DNA of 64,000 nucleotides. Origin: an uncultured archaeon. GTDB taxonomy: Archaea > Asgardarchaeota > Lokiarchaeia > Sigyniarchaeales > SOKP01. Made by a program: the position numbers and the translations under genes. The notes beneath the pieces were generated by a model. That model was not told the origin of the DNA. It made no database searches and saw only the letters and a list, made by a program, of their open reading frames with translations. Positions 1 to 9,618 of this stretch are shown here, piece after piece (position 1 is the first letter of the stretch; the number at the start of each line of letters is the position of its first letter). Location of the stretch: positions 16,144-80,143 of the forward strand of contig CAZGJX010000004.1 in the NCBI GenBank assembly GCA_964525635.1, written 5' to 3'.

Positions 1-90
1 TTTTCTACGAAAAACAGGCCAACCCGTAATAGAAGCGGTTGTGTACTCGTAGGAAGCCACGGTCTTTAGGCCGTGTGTAGTTCACTGAAA
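1..90 (+). other. GC-rich patch, probably the 3' remnant of a TnpB-like (IS200/IS605-family) gene and/or its structured RNA, cut by the window edge
   Basis: About 48% GC in a ~27% GC background. Hairpin CACGG-ucuuuagg-CCGTG at 57-77. A reading frame ends ..EATVFRPCVVH*, resembling the ..LNPQVVKIS* tail of the TnpB fragment at 3583-3777. The motif CTTTAGG-N6-GTAGTTCA (62-85) recurs at 15481-15503. Confidence 0.3.
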
Positions 91-99
91 CAGGAAAAA

Positions 100-1458
100 T
101 CATATATTTTTATCCTTAATTAACTGATCAATGTTATAATTAAATGCGATTGGAATTTCTCTTTCAATAAATTCGCCTGCTATATTATTTAACAATATTT
201 CTTTGATTTCTTCTTGATTATTAGTTTGTCCTAGGGTCCATCCGAGTTTTACATATGCAGTTTCAGGTAATATATTTCTTCCAGGTATTACTCCCATATT
301 TAACAATTCTCTTCCTGTAGAATATACATTCATACCGGTAAATCCATGTAAAGTTTGTACTGTCATCAATATAGTTATTTCTTCTTCTATTGCTCTTTTT
401 ATAGAGTCATAAACTATGGTACTTACGTGTCCTAATCCAGTACCAGCAATAACTATCCCTTTATATCCTTGATCAATGTAAAAGTCGATAATATCATTAT
501 CCATACCAGGATATGAATAAAGGAGTGCTATCTTTTTTTCAAATTTTGTCAATGCTTCTATTTGTTTTTCAGATCTTTTTTGATATTTTGTATTTAACAT
601 AGTTATCTTTTTATTTCTGATTATTCCTAATGGTATATCGTCTATAGTTCTAAAAGTATGTCTGACTGAAGAATGCATTTTTCTTACTAATGTACCTCTA
701 TGAATTAAACCATAGTCATGGGCTGAAGACCCAAGCATACATACAACAACCTCTGCGATATCAGAAGTGGCAACTATTCCAGCATTAATAAGGTTTAAAG
801 CCGCATCTGAAGAAGGTCTATCTGAACTTCTTTGACTTCCTACTAATACCACAGGAATAGAGAGATCCTTTAACATAAATGATAACGCTGCTGATGTAAA
901 ACCCATTGTATCGGTACCATGCCCAATAACTATCCCATCTTTTCCTCCATTCACAGCTTTTTGTATTTTTAGAGCTAATTTCTGCCAATAATCTGGTCTC
1001 ATATTTTCAGAGAGAATTTCAAAAACGATTTCAGTATCTATATTGCAAATATCCGCTAATTCTGGAACAGCACTAAATAATTCACCAGGAGTAAATGAAG
1101 GAATTACGGCACCAGTTGTATAATCTAAGCGTGATGCAACAGTACCTCCAGTTCCAAATAGAATTACATTTGGTAATTTTTTATCTATAGGGAATTTTTT
1201 CTCTGGAATTTTATAATTTGCTTTTTTTACTCCTAATTTTCCAATTTCAAGTATATGTGAGATATGAATACCGATGTTATAGTTATTATCCAACTTTATT
1301 TCAATAAAATTTGGATTGGAATATTCATTTCTAGGAAGTAAAATACCCTCATAATTACTTTCCTTAGTTTTTATATTTAAGATATCCCAAATTTGAATAC
1401 CATTCTTTTCTAACAGATTTTTTGTTTTTCCCTTATAACCTTTTAGTTTATCATTCAA
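100..1458 (-). CDS. gatD: Glu-tRNA(Gln) amidotransferase subunit D (asparaginase-like)
   Basis: 452 aa ORF with asparaginase-type motifs GTGGTVASRLDYTTGAV and GHGTDTMGFTSAAL. It abuts gatE directly. Confidence 0.9.
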   Translation of the reverse strand: MNDKLKGYKGKTKNLLEKNGIQIWDILNIKTKESNYEGILLPRNEYSNPNFIEIKLDNNYNIGIHISHILEIGKLGVKKANYKIPEKKFPIDKKLPNVILFGTGGTVASRLDYTTGAVIPSFTPGELFSAVPELADICNIDTEIVFEILSENMRPDYWQKLALKIQKAVNGGKDGIVIGHGTDTMGFTSAALSFMLKDLSIPVVLVGSQRSSDRPSSDAALNLINAGIVATSDIAEVVVCMLGSSAHDYGLIHRGTLVRKMHSSVRHTFRTIDDIPLGIIRNKKITMLNTKYQKRSEKQIEALTKFEKKIALLYSYPGMDNDIIDFYIDQGYKGIVIAGTGLGHVSTIVYDSIKRAIEEEITILMTVQTLHGFTGMNVYSTGRELLNMGVIPGRNILPETAYVKLGWTLGQTNNQEEIKEILLNNIAGEFIEREIPIAFNYNIDQLIKDKNI

Positions 1459-3378
1459 TTATTTTATCTCCTCTAACTTTTTTATCAAATTTTTTTTTAA
1501 TTCTTCAGAAACGATTTTGCCATCTATCTTACCTCTTACTTCTTTCATAACCTCTCCCATTAATGGCCCAATCGCGCCCATTTTTCTATCTTTTATGAGA
1601 TCAATTGTATTATTAATGATTTTTTGAATTATAAGATTCAATTCTTCTACAGTTATTATTTCTAAATTTAATTTTTTTCTAATTTGTTCAATAGTTAAAT
1701 TAGGTTCATCTGATTTTAAAATCATCAATTCTTCAACAGCCTCCTTTCCAATTTCCTTTTTCTTCAAAAGTGAAAATATCTCTTTATAATCCTTATCAGT
1801 AATATTTTCTACTTCTTTTCCGTCCCGCTTAAGGGCAGTACTTGTCTCAAGTAATGTAGTTGTAAGTAACATGGGATTTTCTGGATATATTTCAACCAGT
1901 TCATTAAATAAGTTTAATTTTTCTGTGAAAATTAAATCTTTTATCTTTTGATCGTTAATATTATATTTTTTATGATATTCATGAATAATCTCCCATGGAT
2001 ATCTAGGAAGTTCTTTTATTATTTCTTTAATCTCTTCTTCAGTTGTAATAATCGCTTGAGAGTCAGTATCAGGATACAATCTTGCACCACCATGAAGTTC
2101 TCTTAAAAATTCTGTGTTCCCATTCTCTAGAGCTCTCCTAGTTTCAGGGGGAACTCCTTTAAATGCATACTTAACACGACTTAGAAGAACATCTATCGCT
2201 TTATCAATCTCTTTTTTCACCCCTAAAAGCAAAACAAAACAATCTTTCTCTGTCCAATCTACTAATTCTTTTATTTTTTTAATATCTTTCTCAGATAATT
2301 TATATTTCTTTAAATCTTCATCAGAGTGAATAATTCCTTTTAATCCAGAGATTGATTTTACCTTACTTGCTACTTCGGTGCCAAATCGGTAATTTTCCAT
2401 CAATTCTTTTCCAAAAATAGTTTTAAATCCTCTGAAATTCATACCATATAGTTTTTTTCCTGATTTTAATCCTTTTAAAATAAAATTTGAGGACGTATTT
2501 TTTAATTCTTTTGAGAGGTCATACGGATTATTAATTATACTTTCTTCTTTTAGTCCTCTTTTTATTAATTCCTCTCTAATTTCAATTAGATTTAGCTGTC
2601 TTGATATTTCATGATTTATTAATAGAGGAATCCAATCTAATTTTTGAACTCCTTTAATTTCTATTCTTGTTCCTTCTTTAATACTTACATTTACATCTTG
2701 TCTAATGGAACCAAGTATTTTTTTTACCTTAGAGTTCCATAATAATAAACCTAATCTTTCTGCTGTCTCTCTACACTCATTTGGATCATTTATATCTGGT
2801 TTTGTTGTGATTTCAACAAGGGGAATACCTAAACGATCTAATCTAAAGTAATTTGTTTTATCTTCAGTCTTTATTTTTCTAGCAGCATCCTCTTCCAAAC
2901 ATACAATATCAATTCCAATTTTTTTTCCATTATCTAATTTTAAACTGCCATCTTTTGCTAAAATCATTGTTCTTTGAAATCCACATGGAACGCTTCCATC
3001 AAGATAATTTTTCCTACAAACATGCATTTCTTCAATAATGTTTGCATTTAATAAAAGGGCTAATTCAATAGCGATTTTTTTTGCTTCCTTATTACATGAA
3101 AAAGGAGGTGTTTCATCAAGTTCATATGTACAGATTACATCATTATAACATTCATATATAATATCCATCCCTTTCTGGTATTCTGTAAGCATTGCATCAT
3201 CATAAACCCCCATTTCACCTAATACTGGCCGCATATATCTTTTAACAGTGAAATCTGGTTTTCTAGTTCCTTGAAGCTGATTTGGACATCTACAAAAAAG
3301 TTTTGTTTTAGAATCTAATTGTTGATGAATTTCAAGACCGCATTTTAAACCCAATTTTTCATAATTGAAATTATCCAT
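1459..3378 (-). CDS. gatE: Glu-tRNA(Gln) amidotransferase subunit E
   Basis: 639 aa ORF with the GatB/E N-terminal motif KCGLEIHQQL. Its length and its position upstream of gatD match the archaeal GatDE pair. Confidence 0.9.
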   Translation of the reverse strand: MDNFNYEKLGLKCGLEIHQQLDSKTKLFCRCPNQLQGTRKPDFTVKRYMRPVLGEMGVYDDAMLTEYQKGMDIIYECYNDVICTYELDETPPFSCNKEAKKIAIELALLLNANIIEEMHVCRKNYLDGSVPCGFQRTMILAKDGSLKLDNGKKIGIDIVCLEEDAARKIKTEDKTNYFRLDRLGIPLVEITTKPDINDPNECRETAERLGLLLWNSKVKKILGSIRQDVNVSIKEGTRIEIKGVQKLDWIPLLINHEISRQLNLIEIREELIKRGLKEESIINNPYDLSKELKNTSSNFILKGLKSGKKLYGMNFRGFKTIFGKELMENYRFGTEVASKVKSISGLKGIIHSDEDLKKYKLSEKDIKKIKELVDWTEKDCFVLLLGVKKEIDKAIDVLLSRVKYAFKGVPPETRRALENGNTEFLRELHGGARLYPDTDSQAIITTEEEIKEIIKELPRYPWEIIHEYHKKYNINDQKIKDLIFTEKLNLFNELVEIYPENPMLLTTTLLETSTALKRDGKEVENITDKDYKEIFSLLKKKEIGKEAVEELMILKSDEPNLTIEQIRKKLNLEIITVEELNLIIQKIINNTIDLIKDRKMGAIGPLMGEVMKEVRGKIDGKIVSEELKKNLIKKLEEIK

Positions 3379-3582
3379 ATTGAATCAAATTATTGTTAGA
3401 ATTTATTATTTATTTTAGAAAGAATTAAAATTGTTTGAATAAAAATTATTTAGAAGATATATGTTAAAAGAGAATTTAACTTTTGTAATTAATATCTTAA
3501 TTTTCAAATAGATATGGGATTATAAACTAATAAATTTTGATAGTATCTCTTTATAAATCGTATCCTTTTCAATAATAGTACT

Positions 3583-3777
3583 ATGAAATCATCTGAAGCG
3601 TGTAAATTATTACAAATTACAAAACCTACCTTATATAAGTATAAAAGTAATGGAACGATCATAAATGCTGATGTGAATGCAGGCTATAATATTCTGAAAA
3701 AAGCATTCCCAAATTTTATAAACGATGATGGGATACAGGGTTTGGTGTTAAACCCCCAAGTTGTCAAGATTTCTTGA
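3583..3777 (+). mobile_element. Decayed IS607/IS605-type element: the tnpA N-terminal HTH fused to the tnpB C-terminal tail by internal deletion
   Basis: The 64-aa ORF starts with a MerR-like HTH typical of IS607 serine recombinases (MKSSEACKLLQITKPTLYKYKSNG). It jumps straight to the TnpB RuvC-III tail (INADVNAGYNILKKA). The rest of both genes is absent. Confidence 0.6.
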
Positions 3778-3894
3778 TAATTTTAAATAAGATTAGCTAC
3801 GTTTTACTAGTTTTGATAACATGATAATAAATATCATAAACATTATTTTAATAAATATTATTAAATCAATTCTAATTATTAATTTATTATCGCT

Positions 3895-6468
3895 ATGGAA
3901 CAAAAAATATTAGATTTATTAAATAATAAGAAAGTAGCTTTCTTTATTGGAGCTGGAGTTTCAATGATTCCACCATCATGTTTACCAAGTTGGTGGCAAG
4001 TCAATCATATAATTCTCGACTCTCTCACTAATTTATCGAATTCAATTACTCCTAATGTAGGGGAACTTACAACCCTAATTAAAAATAGAGAAGAAGATGG
4101 GAAACTTCCTCCTGAATTCGCAGCAGAAATAATATGTAATAGGATTGGGGATTCATATTTTAAAGTTTTGGAAGGATTGGAAGGTGATACTCCAAATCAA
4201 GTTCATTTGTGGCTAGCTATTTTAGCAAAAATAGGAAAACTCAAAGTTATTATTACCACAAACTTTGATACTCTTATTGAAAAAGCATTTAGAATTATTA
4301 ATATTCCTCTCAAAGTATGTGTGGATCCAAAAGATTATGAACGAGTTTATGATTTATTAAATAATTCCGTAAATGAAGAAACACCATGTATCTTATTGAA
4401 GCTACATGGAACAGCTACTCATCCTGAAACATGTATAGACACTTTAGCACAGAGAAAAAGGGGTTTAGATCCAAAAATAGTAAAAACTTTAAATCTAATT
4501 GGTTATCAAAATTTTTGGATATTTTTAGGATACTCAGGAGCAGACCTTGAAGCAGAACCTAATTATTTGGGTCTTCGAAAAAGGATGGAAAATTCGCCAG
4601 GATTTGCTTGGCTTCATTTAAGTAATATAGAACCATTAAAATCCGTTTCTGAATTAGTCGAATTATATGGTAAAGATCGTGGTATTATTGATTTTGGTAC
4701 TCTACCTAATTGGCTAAATGATATTAAAAGACTCCTTCCTGATTTTATAAGTCCTCCTAATGATTTAGATATGACACAAGAACAATTAAATGAAATAAAG
4801 GAAGGAAAACTTAAAAAAATTCGAAATCATTCAAAAAGCTGGGCAATTGAACGAGGTGAAATATCTAGTACACTTATTCTTTCAGACATAGGTATTGAAG
4901 CAGGAGCCTATGAAGCGGCAAAATTGGTATTAGTAGATTTAATTAATAATAGAGAAAATCATCAAATAGGCTCCCGTAATTTAGCAATAATATATTTGGA
5001 ATTAGGTAAAATTTTAAAACATTTTGGAGATAATAAAGAAGCTTTATCCTATTATCAAAAATCTTCAGATTTATTTAAAAATATAGATGATCTTGATGGC
5101 TATCTTACAACAGTACATGAAATATCAAGGATGCAACATCATTTTGGTGAATTTCTAAAAGCAGAAAAAAATATGGAGAAAGTTGTCCAAATTATGAGAA
5201 AAAATAGTGATAATGAGGGTTTAATTAGCTCATTAAACGATTTAGGAAGTTTTTATAATAATACTGGAAAATTTCAAGAAGCATTAGATATTTATAATGA
5301 GAGTATATCACTTTCTGTTCAATTTGGTTATGAAAGTTGGTTAGCTCAAGCTAGCTTAGGTATTGCTATTACTGAATCAGAGATGGGCGACCTTATAAGT
5401 GCAGAAAATAATATCGAGAAAGCTATTAAAATTTTTTCACGTCTAGGAGATAATAGTTTCTTGTCAGAAGCTTTAAGAAATTTAGCAGAAATAAATTTTG
5501 ATAAAGGAGAAAATGAATTAGCATTTAAATATCTTGAAGAGGCTAGAAATAAGGCTTTTCTTGTAGGAGATAAATCCAGAATGGTGCGTGTGGAATTAAT
5601 GAAAGCGGATTTTATGATTCAAAATGGAAATTATGCAGAAGCAATATCAATTTTAACAAAAATAAATAAAATAATAGAAATACTTGAAGATGCTTTATTA
5701 ACAGTTGATATTTGGGAGAAAATGGGGATTGCTACCCAATTACAAGGAGATTTAAATCAAGCAATTAATATATATAAAAATGCTCTTATTGAAGTTAATA
5801 GAATTGGATTAGAAGCAAGAGCCGCAAATATTCAAAACAATCTTGGTATCATCTTAGATCAACAAGGAACCCATGAAGAAGCATTGAACTTTTATGCTAA
5901 AGCTTATAATAAATATAAAGAAATTGGGCAAATTAAAGCGATGTCAAATACCACAGCTAATATCGCAAATGTATATTATCGTTTGGGAAAATTCGATATA
6001 TCTTTAGATTATTATAATGAAGCATTGGGTTATTTCAAGGAATTAAATGATATAGGGGCTATTTTAAATACTAAAACAAATTTAGCAAATATTAAAGTTC
6101 AATTAGGAGAATATAAGAATGCTGTTGGAATTTATAATCAAACGATTCAAATGGCTGAGCAATATGGAAAACTTGGATTAAGAGATATAACTAAATTAAA
6201 TTTAGCAGGAATATATTTTCAACAAGAAGAATATCCCAAAGCTATAGAACTTTATATTCAGATTAAAAATACAAGTATTGAACGAAATGATTTTTATTAT
6301 GCAGGGATGGGAAGTTATTATTTGGGCTTAGGTTTAGGACGTATGAATGAATTAGATAAGGCAAAAGAAGCTATAACGGATGCAATTAATCTTTGGGATA
6401 AGATGAAAGAGCCATGTCCAATGATAAATGATGCCCAAAAAATATTGGATTCATTAAATAATATTTAA
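3895..6468 (+). CDS. SIR2-like (SIR2_2 type) domain protein with a long C-terminal TPR array
   Basis: 857 aa. The N-terminus has FFIGAGVS, ITTNFDTLIE and LLKLHGT (SIR2-family Rossmann and catalytic N/H motifs). The C-terminal ~500 aa are repeated 34-40 aa A/Y/G-patterned TPR-like units (..ALSYYQKS.., ..ALDIYNESI.., ..AINIYKNAL.., ..ALNFYAKAY..). Confidence 0.75.
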   Translation: MEQKILDLLNNKKVAFFIGAGVSMIPPSCLPSWWQVNHIILDSLTNLSNSITPNVGELTTLIKNREEDGKLPPEFAAEIICNRIGDSYFKVLEGLEGDTPNQVHLWLAILAKIGKLKVIITTNFDTLIEKAFRIINIPLKVCVDPKDYERVYDLLNNSVNEETPCILLKLHGTATHPETCIDTLAQRKRGLDPKIVKTLNLIGYQNFWIFLGYSGADLEAEPNYLGLRKRMENSPGFAWLHLSNIEPLKSVSELVELYGKDRGIIDFGTLPNWLNDIKRLLPDFISPPNDLDMTQEQLNEIKEGKLKKIRNHSKSWAIERGEISSTLILSDIGIEAGAYEAAKLVLVDLINNRENHQIGSRNLAIIYLELGKILKHFGDNKEALSYYQKSSDLFKNIDDLDGYLTTVHEISRMQHHFGEFLKAEKNMEKVVQIMRKNSDNEGLISSLNDLGSFYNNTGKFQEALDIYNESISLSVQFGYESWLAQASLGIAITESEMGDLISAENNIEKAIKIFSRLGDNSFLSEALRNLAEINFDKGENELAFKYLEEARNKAFLVGDKSRMVRVELMKADFMIQNGNYAEAISILTKINKIIEILEDALLTVDIWEKMGIATQLQGDLNQAINIYKNALIEVNRIGLEARAANIQNNLGIILDQQGTHEEALNFYAKAYNKYKEIGQIKAMSNTTANIANVYYRLGKFDISLDYYNEALGYFKELNDIGAILNTKTNLANIKVQLGEYKNAVGIYNQTIQMAEQYGKLGLRDITKLNLAGIYFQQEEYPKAIELYIQIKNTSIERNDFYYAGMGSYYLGLGLGRMNELDKAKEAITDAINLWDKMKEPCPMINDAQKILDSLNNI

Positions 6469-6469
6469 T

Positions 6470-8095
6470 TTATATTTTTTTTGATACATAAGGGTTATCT
6501 AATTTATATCCTAATTCATAAAACCAGTCTCTAACTCCAATACCACTAATTACAGCTAGTTTTTTTGCATTAAATTCTTCTTTTGAGATTTTTTCTGCAT
6601 TTTTCATTAATAATTTTCCAAATCCTCTATGTTGAATATGTGTTAATTGATTAGGTTTTAAATCTTTTGGTACAAGTTCACCTACAACTCTTATTTCTCT
6701 AACTATTAAAGTTTTACCATCATTTAATTCTGATCTATGAGCATATTCTGACGGATTTCTTAATCGAAGAAATCCTACTAAATATCCTTCCTTTTTATTT
6801 TCATAAGATAAAAATATTTCTTGCCCTTCAGATGCTTCATAATCAATACGATTTAATCTAACATCTTCTAGAAATCCCTCTTTTTCAATTATACCCCTTC
6901 TTTTAATTCCATATTCACGACACCTTATACAATTACATTTGCTATTCCATTCTTTCAATCTTTCATGAACAAGTTGTCTTAAATTACTTTTCTTACACCC
7001 TGATTCTATTAAATTAGCGGGTATATCTCTCATGATTCTTTGAATTCTTACATAGGGGGGGATCTTTTGTTTAACTTTAGCAATTAAATCTATTAAATCA
7101 TCTAAAGAATATGAAGTATATTTTTCCTCTTTCCACCACTGATATAATTCAGTACCTTTTATAACAACAGTCGGATATATTTTTAACATATCTGGTCTAT
7201 AATTTTGATCAGAAAATAATTCATTAAACATCTCTATATCTTTAGAAATATTTGATGTGGGAAGATTGGGCATCATATGAACATTAATTTTTAATCCCGC
7301 ATCTTTAGCCATTCTTATAGCTTCTATACTATCTTGTGTCTCATGGCCTCTTTTTACAATTTTGTATATATCATTATAAATAGTTTGTACTCCAATTTCT
7401 ACTCTAGTTGTCCCATAGTCCAACATTCTGTCTATTTCATATTCTTTACAATAATCAGGTCTAGTTTCTATTGTAATTCCGACTATTCTTCTTTTAGAGG
7501 ATTCTGCTAATTTTTTAGCTTCCTTAAATGTTTCAACTCTCCTTTCAATTATTCCTTCTAAGGCCCCTTTAATGAAATTTTGCTGATAAATAAGGTCAGT
7601 TGATAAAAAAGTACCACCCATTACAATAAGCTCGATTTTATCTACGTTATGTCCTATTACTTCAAGATCATGTATACGACTTTGAACTTGGCGATAAGGA
7701 TCATAATTATAATGAATTGAACGCATAGCAGCAGGTTCCTTACCTGTATATGATTGAGCGACCTTATCACCAGGTTGTGATTCTTTACCTGGACAATAAA
7801 TGCATTTTCCAGGACAAGGTAAGGGTTTCGTCATAATTGCTATTACAGAAACACCTGAAAGAGTTCTAGTTCTTCTTCTTTTTAATATTTGAGTGATAAA
7901 TTCTTTTTCTTCAGGTGAAGCATACTTTAGAATAGTTGCATTTTTTATAACATTTTCAATTTTGTATTTCTTCCCTAGTCTTGCTTTAATATTTGTAATA
8001 TTTTTTCTAGAACTCTGAGGATTCTTCATTAAATAACTAATAATTTCTTTTGAGAGGTGTTCTAATTTTGTCAAATCCTCCGAATTTTCAAACAT
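6470..8095 (-). CDS. elp3: Elp3-like radical SAM / GNAT acetyltransferase
   Basis: 541 aa. Radical-SAM cluster motif CPGKCIYCPG and C-terminal GNAT motif QHRGFGKLLM. The architecture matches archaeal Elp3 homologues. Confidence 0.85.
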   Translation of the reverse strand: MFENSEDLTKLEHLSKEIISYLMKNPQSSRKNITNIKARLGKKYKIENVIKNATILKYASPEEKEFITQILKRRRTRTLSGVSVIAIMTKPLPCPGKCIYCPGKESQPGDKVAQSYTGKEPAAMRSIHYNYDPYRQVQSRIHDLEVIGHNVDKIELIVMGGTFLSTDLIYQQNFIKGALEGIIERRVETFKEAKKLAESSKRRIVGITIETRPDYCKEYEIDRMLDYGTTRVEIGVQTIYNDIYKIVKRGHETQDSIEAIRMAKDAGLKINVHMMPNLPTSNISKDIEMFNELFSDQNYRPDMLKIYPTVVIKGTELYQWWKEEKYTSYSLDDLIDLIAKVKQKIPPYVRIQRIMRDIPANLIESGCKKSNLRQLVHERLKEWNSKCNCIRCREYGIKRRGIIEKEGFLEDVRLNRIDYEASEGQEIFLSYENKKEGYLVGFLRLRNPSEYAHRSELNDGKTLIVREIRVVGELVPKDLKPNQLTHIQHRGFGKLLMKNAEKISKEEFNAKKLAVISGIGVRDWFYELGYKLDNPYVSKKI

Positions 8096-8114
8096 ATATT
8101 ATATTAATTTTTTA

Positions 8115-9608
8115 TTGGAAAAAATTTTTTTGTCATATATTCAATTTCCTATAATTTTTTATTTATTGTTAATATCTAAATATATGTCACAAAAGAGCTC
8201 CAATAAAGATAAATTAGAATTTTTAAATTTCAACACCTTTCTTTATTCTATTACAGTTTCTAAAATTAAAGATATAATCTATAATTTCAATGATCAATGC
8301 GAAGATAATGATAAAAAAGAAAAAAAAATAAAAGGTTATTCCAAATTGAAAAAAGATGGATTGATTAAATTGATTAATTCATCATTATCTGAGAAGGAGA
8401 AAAATCAAATATATTCTAAGCTTGAAGGTGAATTTGTAGAAGATCTGATGAAAAAAGGGGTTGAATTAATAAGTGGGGAGAGTAGAGTTGAGACAGTACA
8501 AAATGCCGCAGTAATCGGTGGAGGGAATGGTTTTACCGTTTGGTTTAAAGGAAAATATGGTTCTCATAAATCAATAATAGAAATCCTAAATGAAACTATT
8601 GATAGAGATTGTGATTGTAAAATTGGAAAACCAGGAGGATTATGTTTACATCAGATGGCAATATATTTAATGCTAATTAGTAAGAAGATTCTAACTAAAG
8701 AAGATCTACCTTTCAATGTTGAAAATAAATATTATAGTACAATTCAAAAAAGATTGGATTTATTAGCAACTCAAAGTCTTTTTAAAGAAGATCCAGCAAT
8801 AATGTTTGAAGATGGTTATAAAATATATATCTACGAAAAGCAAAACCTAGTCATTTTAGATTGGTCAGGTGACTTTGCTGGTAAATCTACTAAAGATATA
8901 TCAAAAGAAAAAGATGATATTGAAACATGGGTAGTTAAAAAAATAGTAAATCTAATGTTAAGAAATATTAAAGTAAAGACTAAAGAAGGCAATCCCGAGA
9001 AAATTGTTATTGATTCGTATGATGTTATAGGTAAAATTATGAAACATCCAGAATTAGTAAATAAAATATTAAAAAAATTTTCTGCACTTGAAAATTCAAA
9101 GCTTCCTACAAATGAAAAAGATTTAAATTTATTTTTAAAAAGTAATTTAAAGGAATCAACAACCGAAATATATATAGAACCTCCATTTTCAGCTTATATG
9201 GGAGAGGACCCATATTTATTCGTTAGTTATACACACAAGGATAAAGCAGATGTATATCCAATCATTCAAAATTTATATAAAAATGGATTGAATATATGGT
9301 ATGATGAGGGTATTCCTTTATCTACAGATTGGTGCAATACAATTGCTGAAAAGTTAATGAATTGCAATATCTTCCTCTCTTTTATATCTCCTAATGTTAA
9401 TGAATCAGATAACACACAAGATGAAATACATCTTGCAATGAATCAGAAAAAACCATTATTAGCAATATACCTAAAAGACACAGAACTAATCCCAGGGTTA
9501 CAAATGAGAATCAGAAGAGTCCAAGGAATCATGAAGTATGAAATGGAAGAGGTAAAATTCTACGATAAGCTATTAGATAATTTAAATCACATAAATGAAA
9601 AACCATGA
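8115..9608 (+). CDS. SWIM zinc finger / C-terminal TIR domain protein (start more likely ATG at 8184)
   Basis: SWIM motif CDCKIGKPGGLCLHQ. The C-terminal TIR-like segment is PYLFVSYTHKDKADVYPIIQNLYKNGLNIWYDEG...DNTQDEIHLA, with a conserved Glu candidate. The TTG at 8115 leaves only 19 bp to divergent elp3, so MSQKSS at 8184 is the more plausible start. Confidence 0.7.
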   Translation: MEKIFLSYIQFPIIFYLLLISKYMSQKSSNKDKLEFLNFNTFLYSITVSKIKDIIYNFNDQCEDNDKKEKKIKGYSKLKKDGLIKLINSSLSEKEKNQIYSKLEGEFVEDLMKKGVELISGESRVETVQNAAVIGGGNGFTVWFKGKYGSHKSIIEILNETIDRDCDCKIGKPGGLCLHQMAIYLMLISKKILTKEDLPFNVENKYYSTIQKRLDLLATQSLFKEDPAIMFEDGYKIYIYEKQNLVILDWSGDFAGKSTKDISKEKDDIETWVVKKIVNLMLRNIKVKTKEGNPEKIVIDSYDVIGKIMKHPELVNKILKKFSALENSKLPTNEKDLNLFLKSNLKESTTEIYIEPPFSAYMGEDPYLFVSYTHKDKADVYPIIQNLYKNGLNIWYDEGIPLSTDWCNTIAEKLMNCNIFLSFISPNVNESDNTQDEIHLAMNQKKPLLAIYLKDTELIPGLQMRIRRVQGIMKYEMEEVKFYDKLLDNLNHINEKP

Positions 9609-9618
9609 AAAAAAGAAT

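Noticed and set aside
1-99. A tRNA, 5S, SRP or RNase P RNA fragment at the GC-rich window start.
   Set aside because: I found no T-loop (GTTCRANNC), cloverleaf arms or recognisable conserved-region motifs of those RNAs. Similarity to the TnpB-tail remnant family fits better, although that also remains uncertain.
2114-2329. Antisense or shadow ORFs in the track: 2114-2329, 9704-9949, 14588-14920, 23568-23861, 27721-27906, 28168-28590, 38335-38670, 58039-58547, 59792-60088, 60327-60635 and others.
   Set aside because: Each lies entirely within a longer, motif-supported gene on the opposite strand or in another frame. All have low-complexity, Phe/Ile/Leu/Ser-rich composition typical of antisense frames in AT-rich coding DNA.
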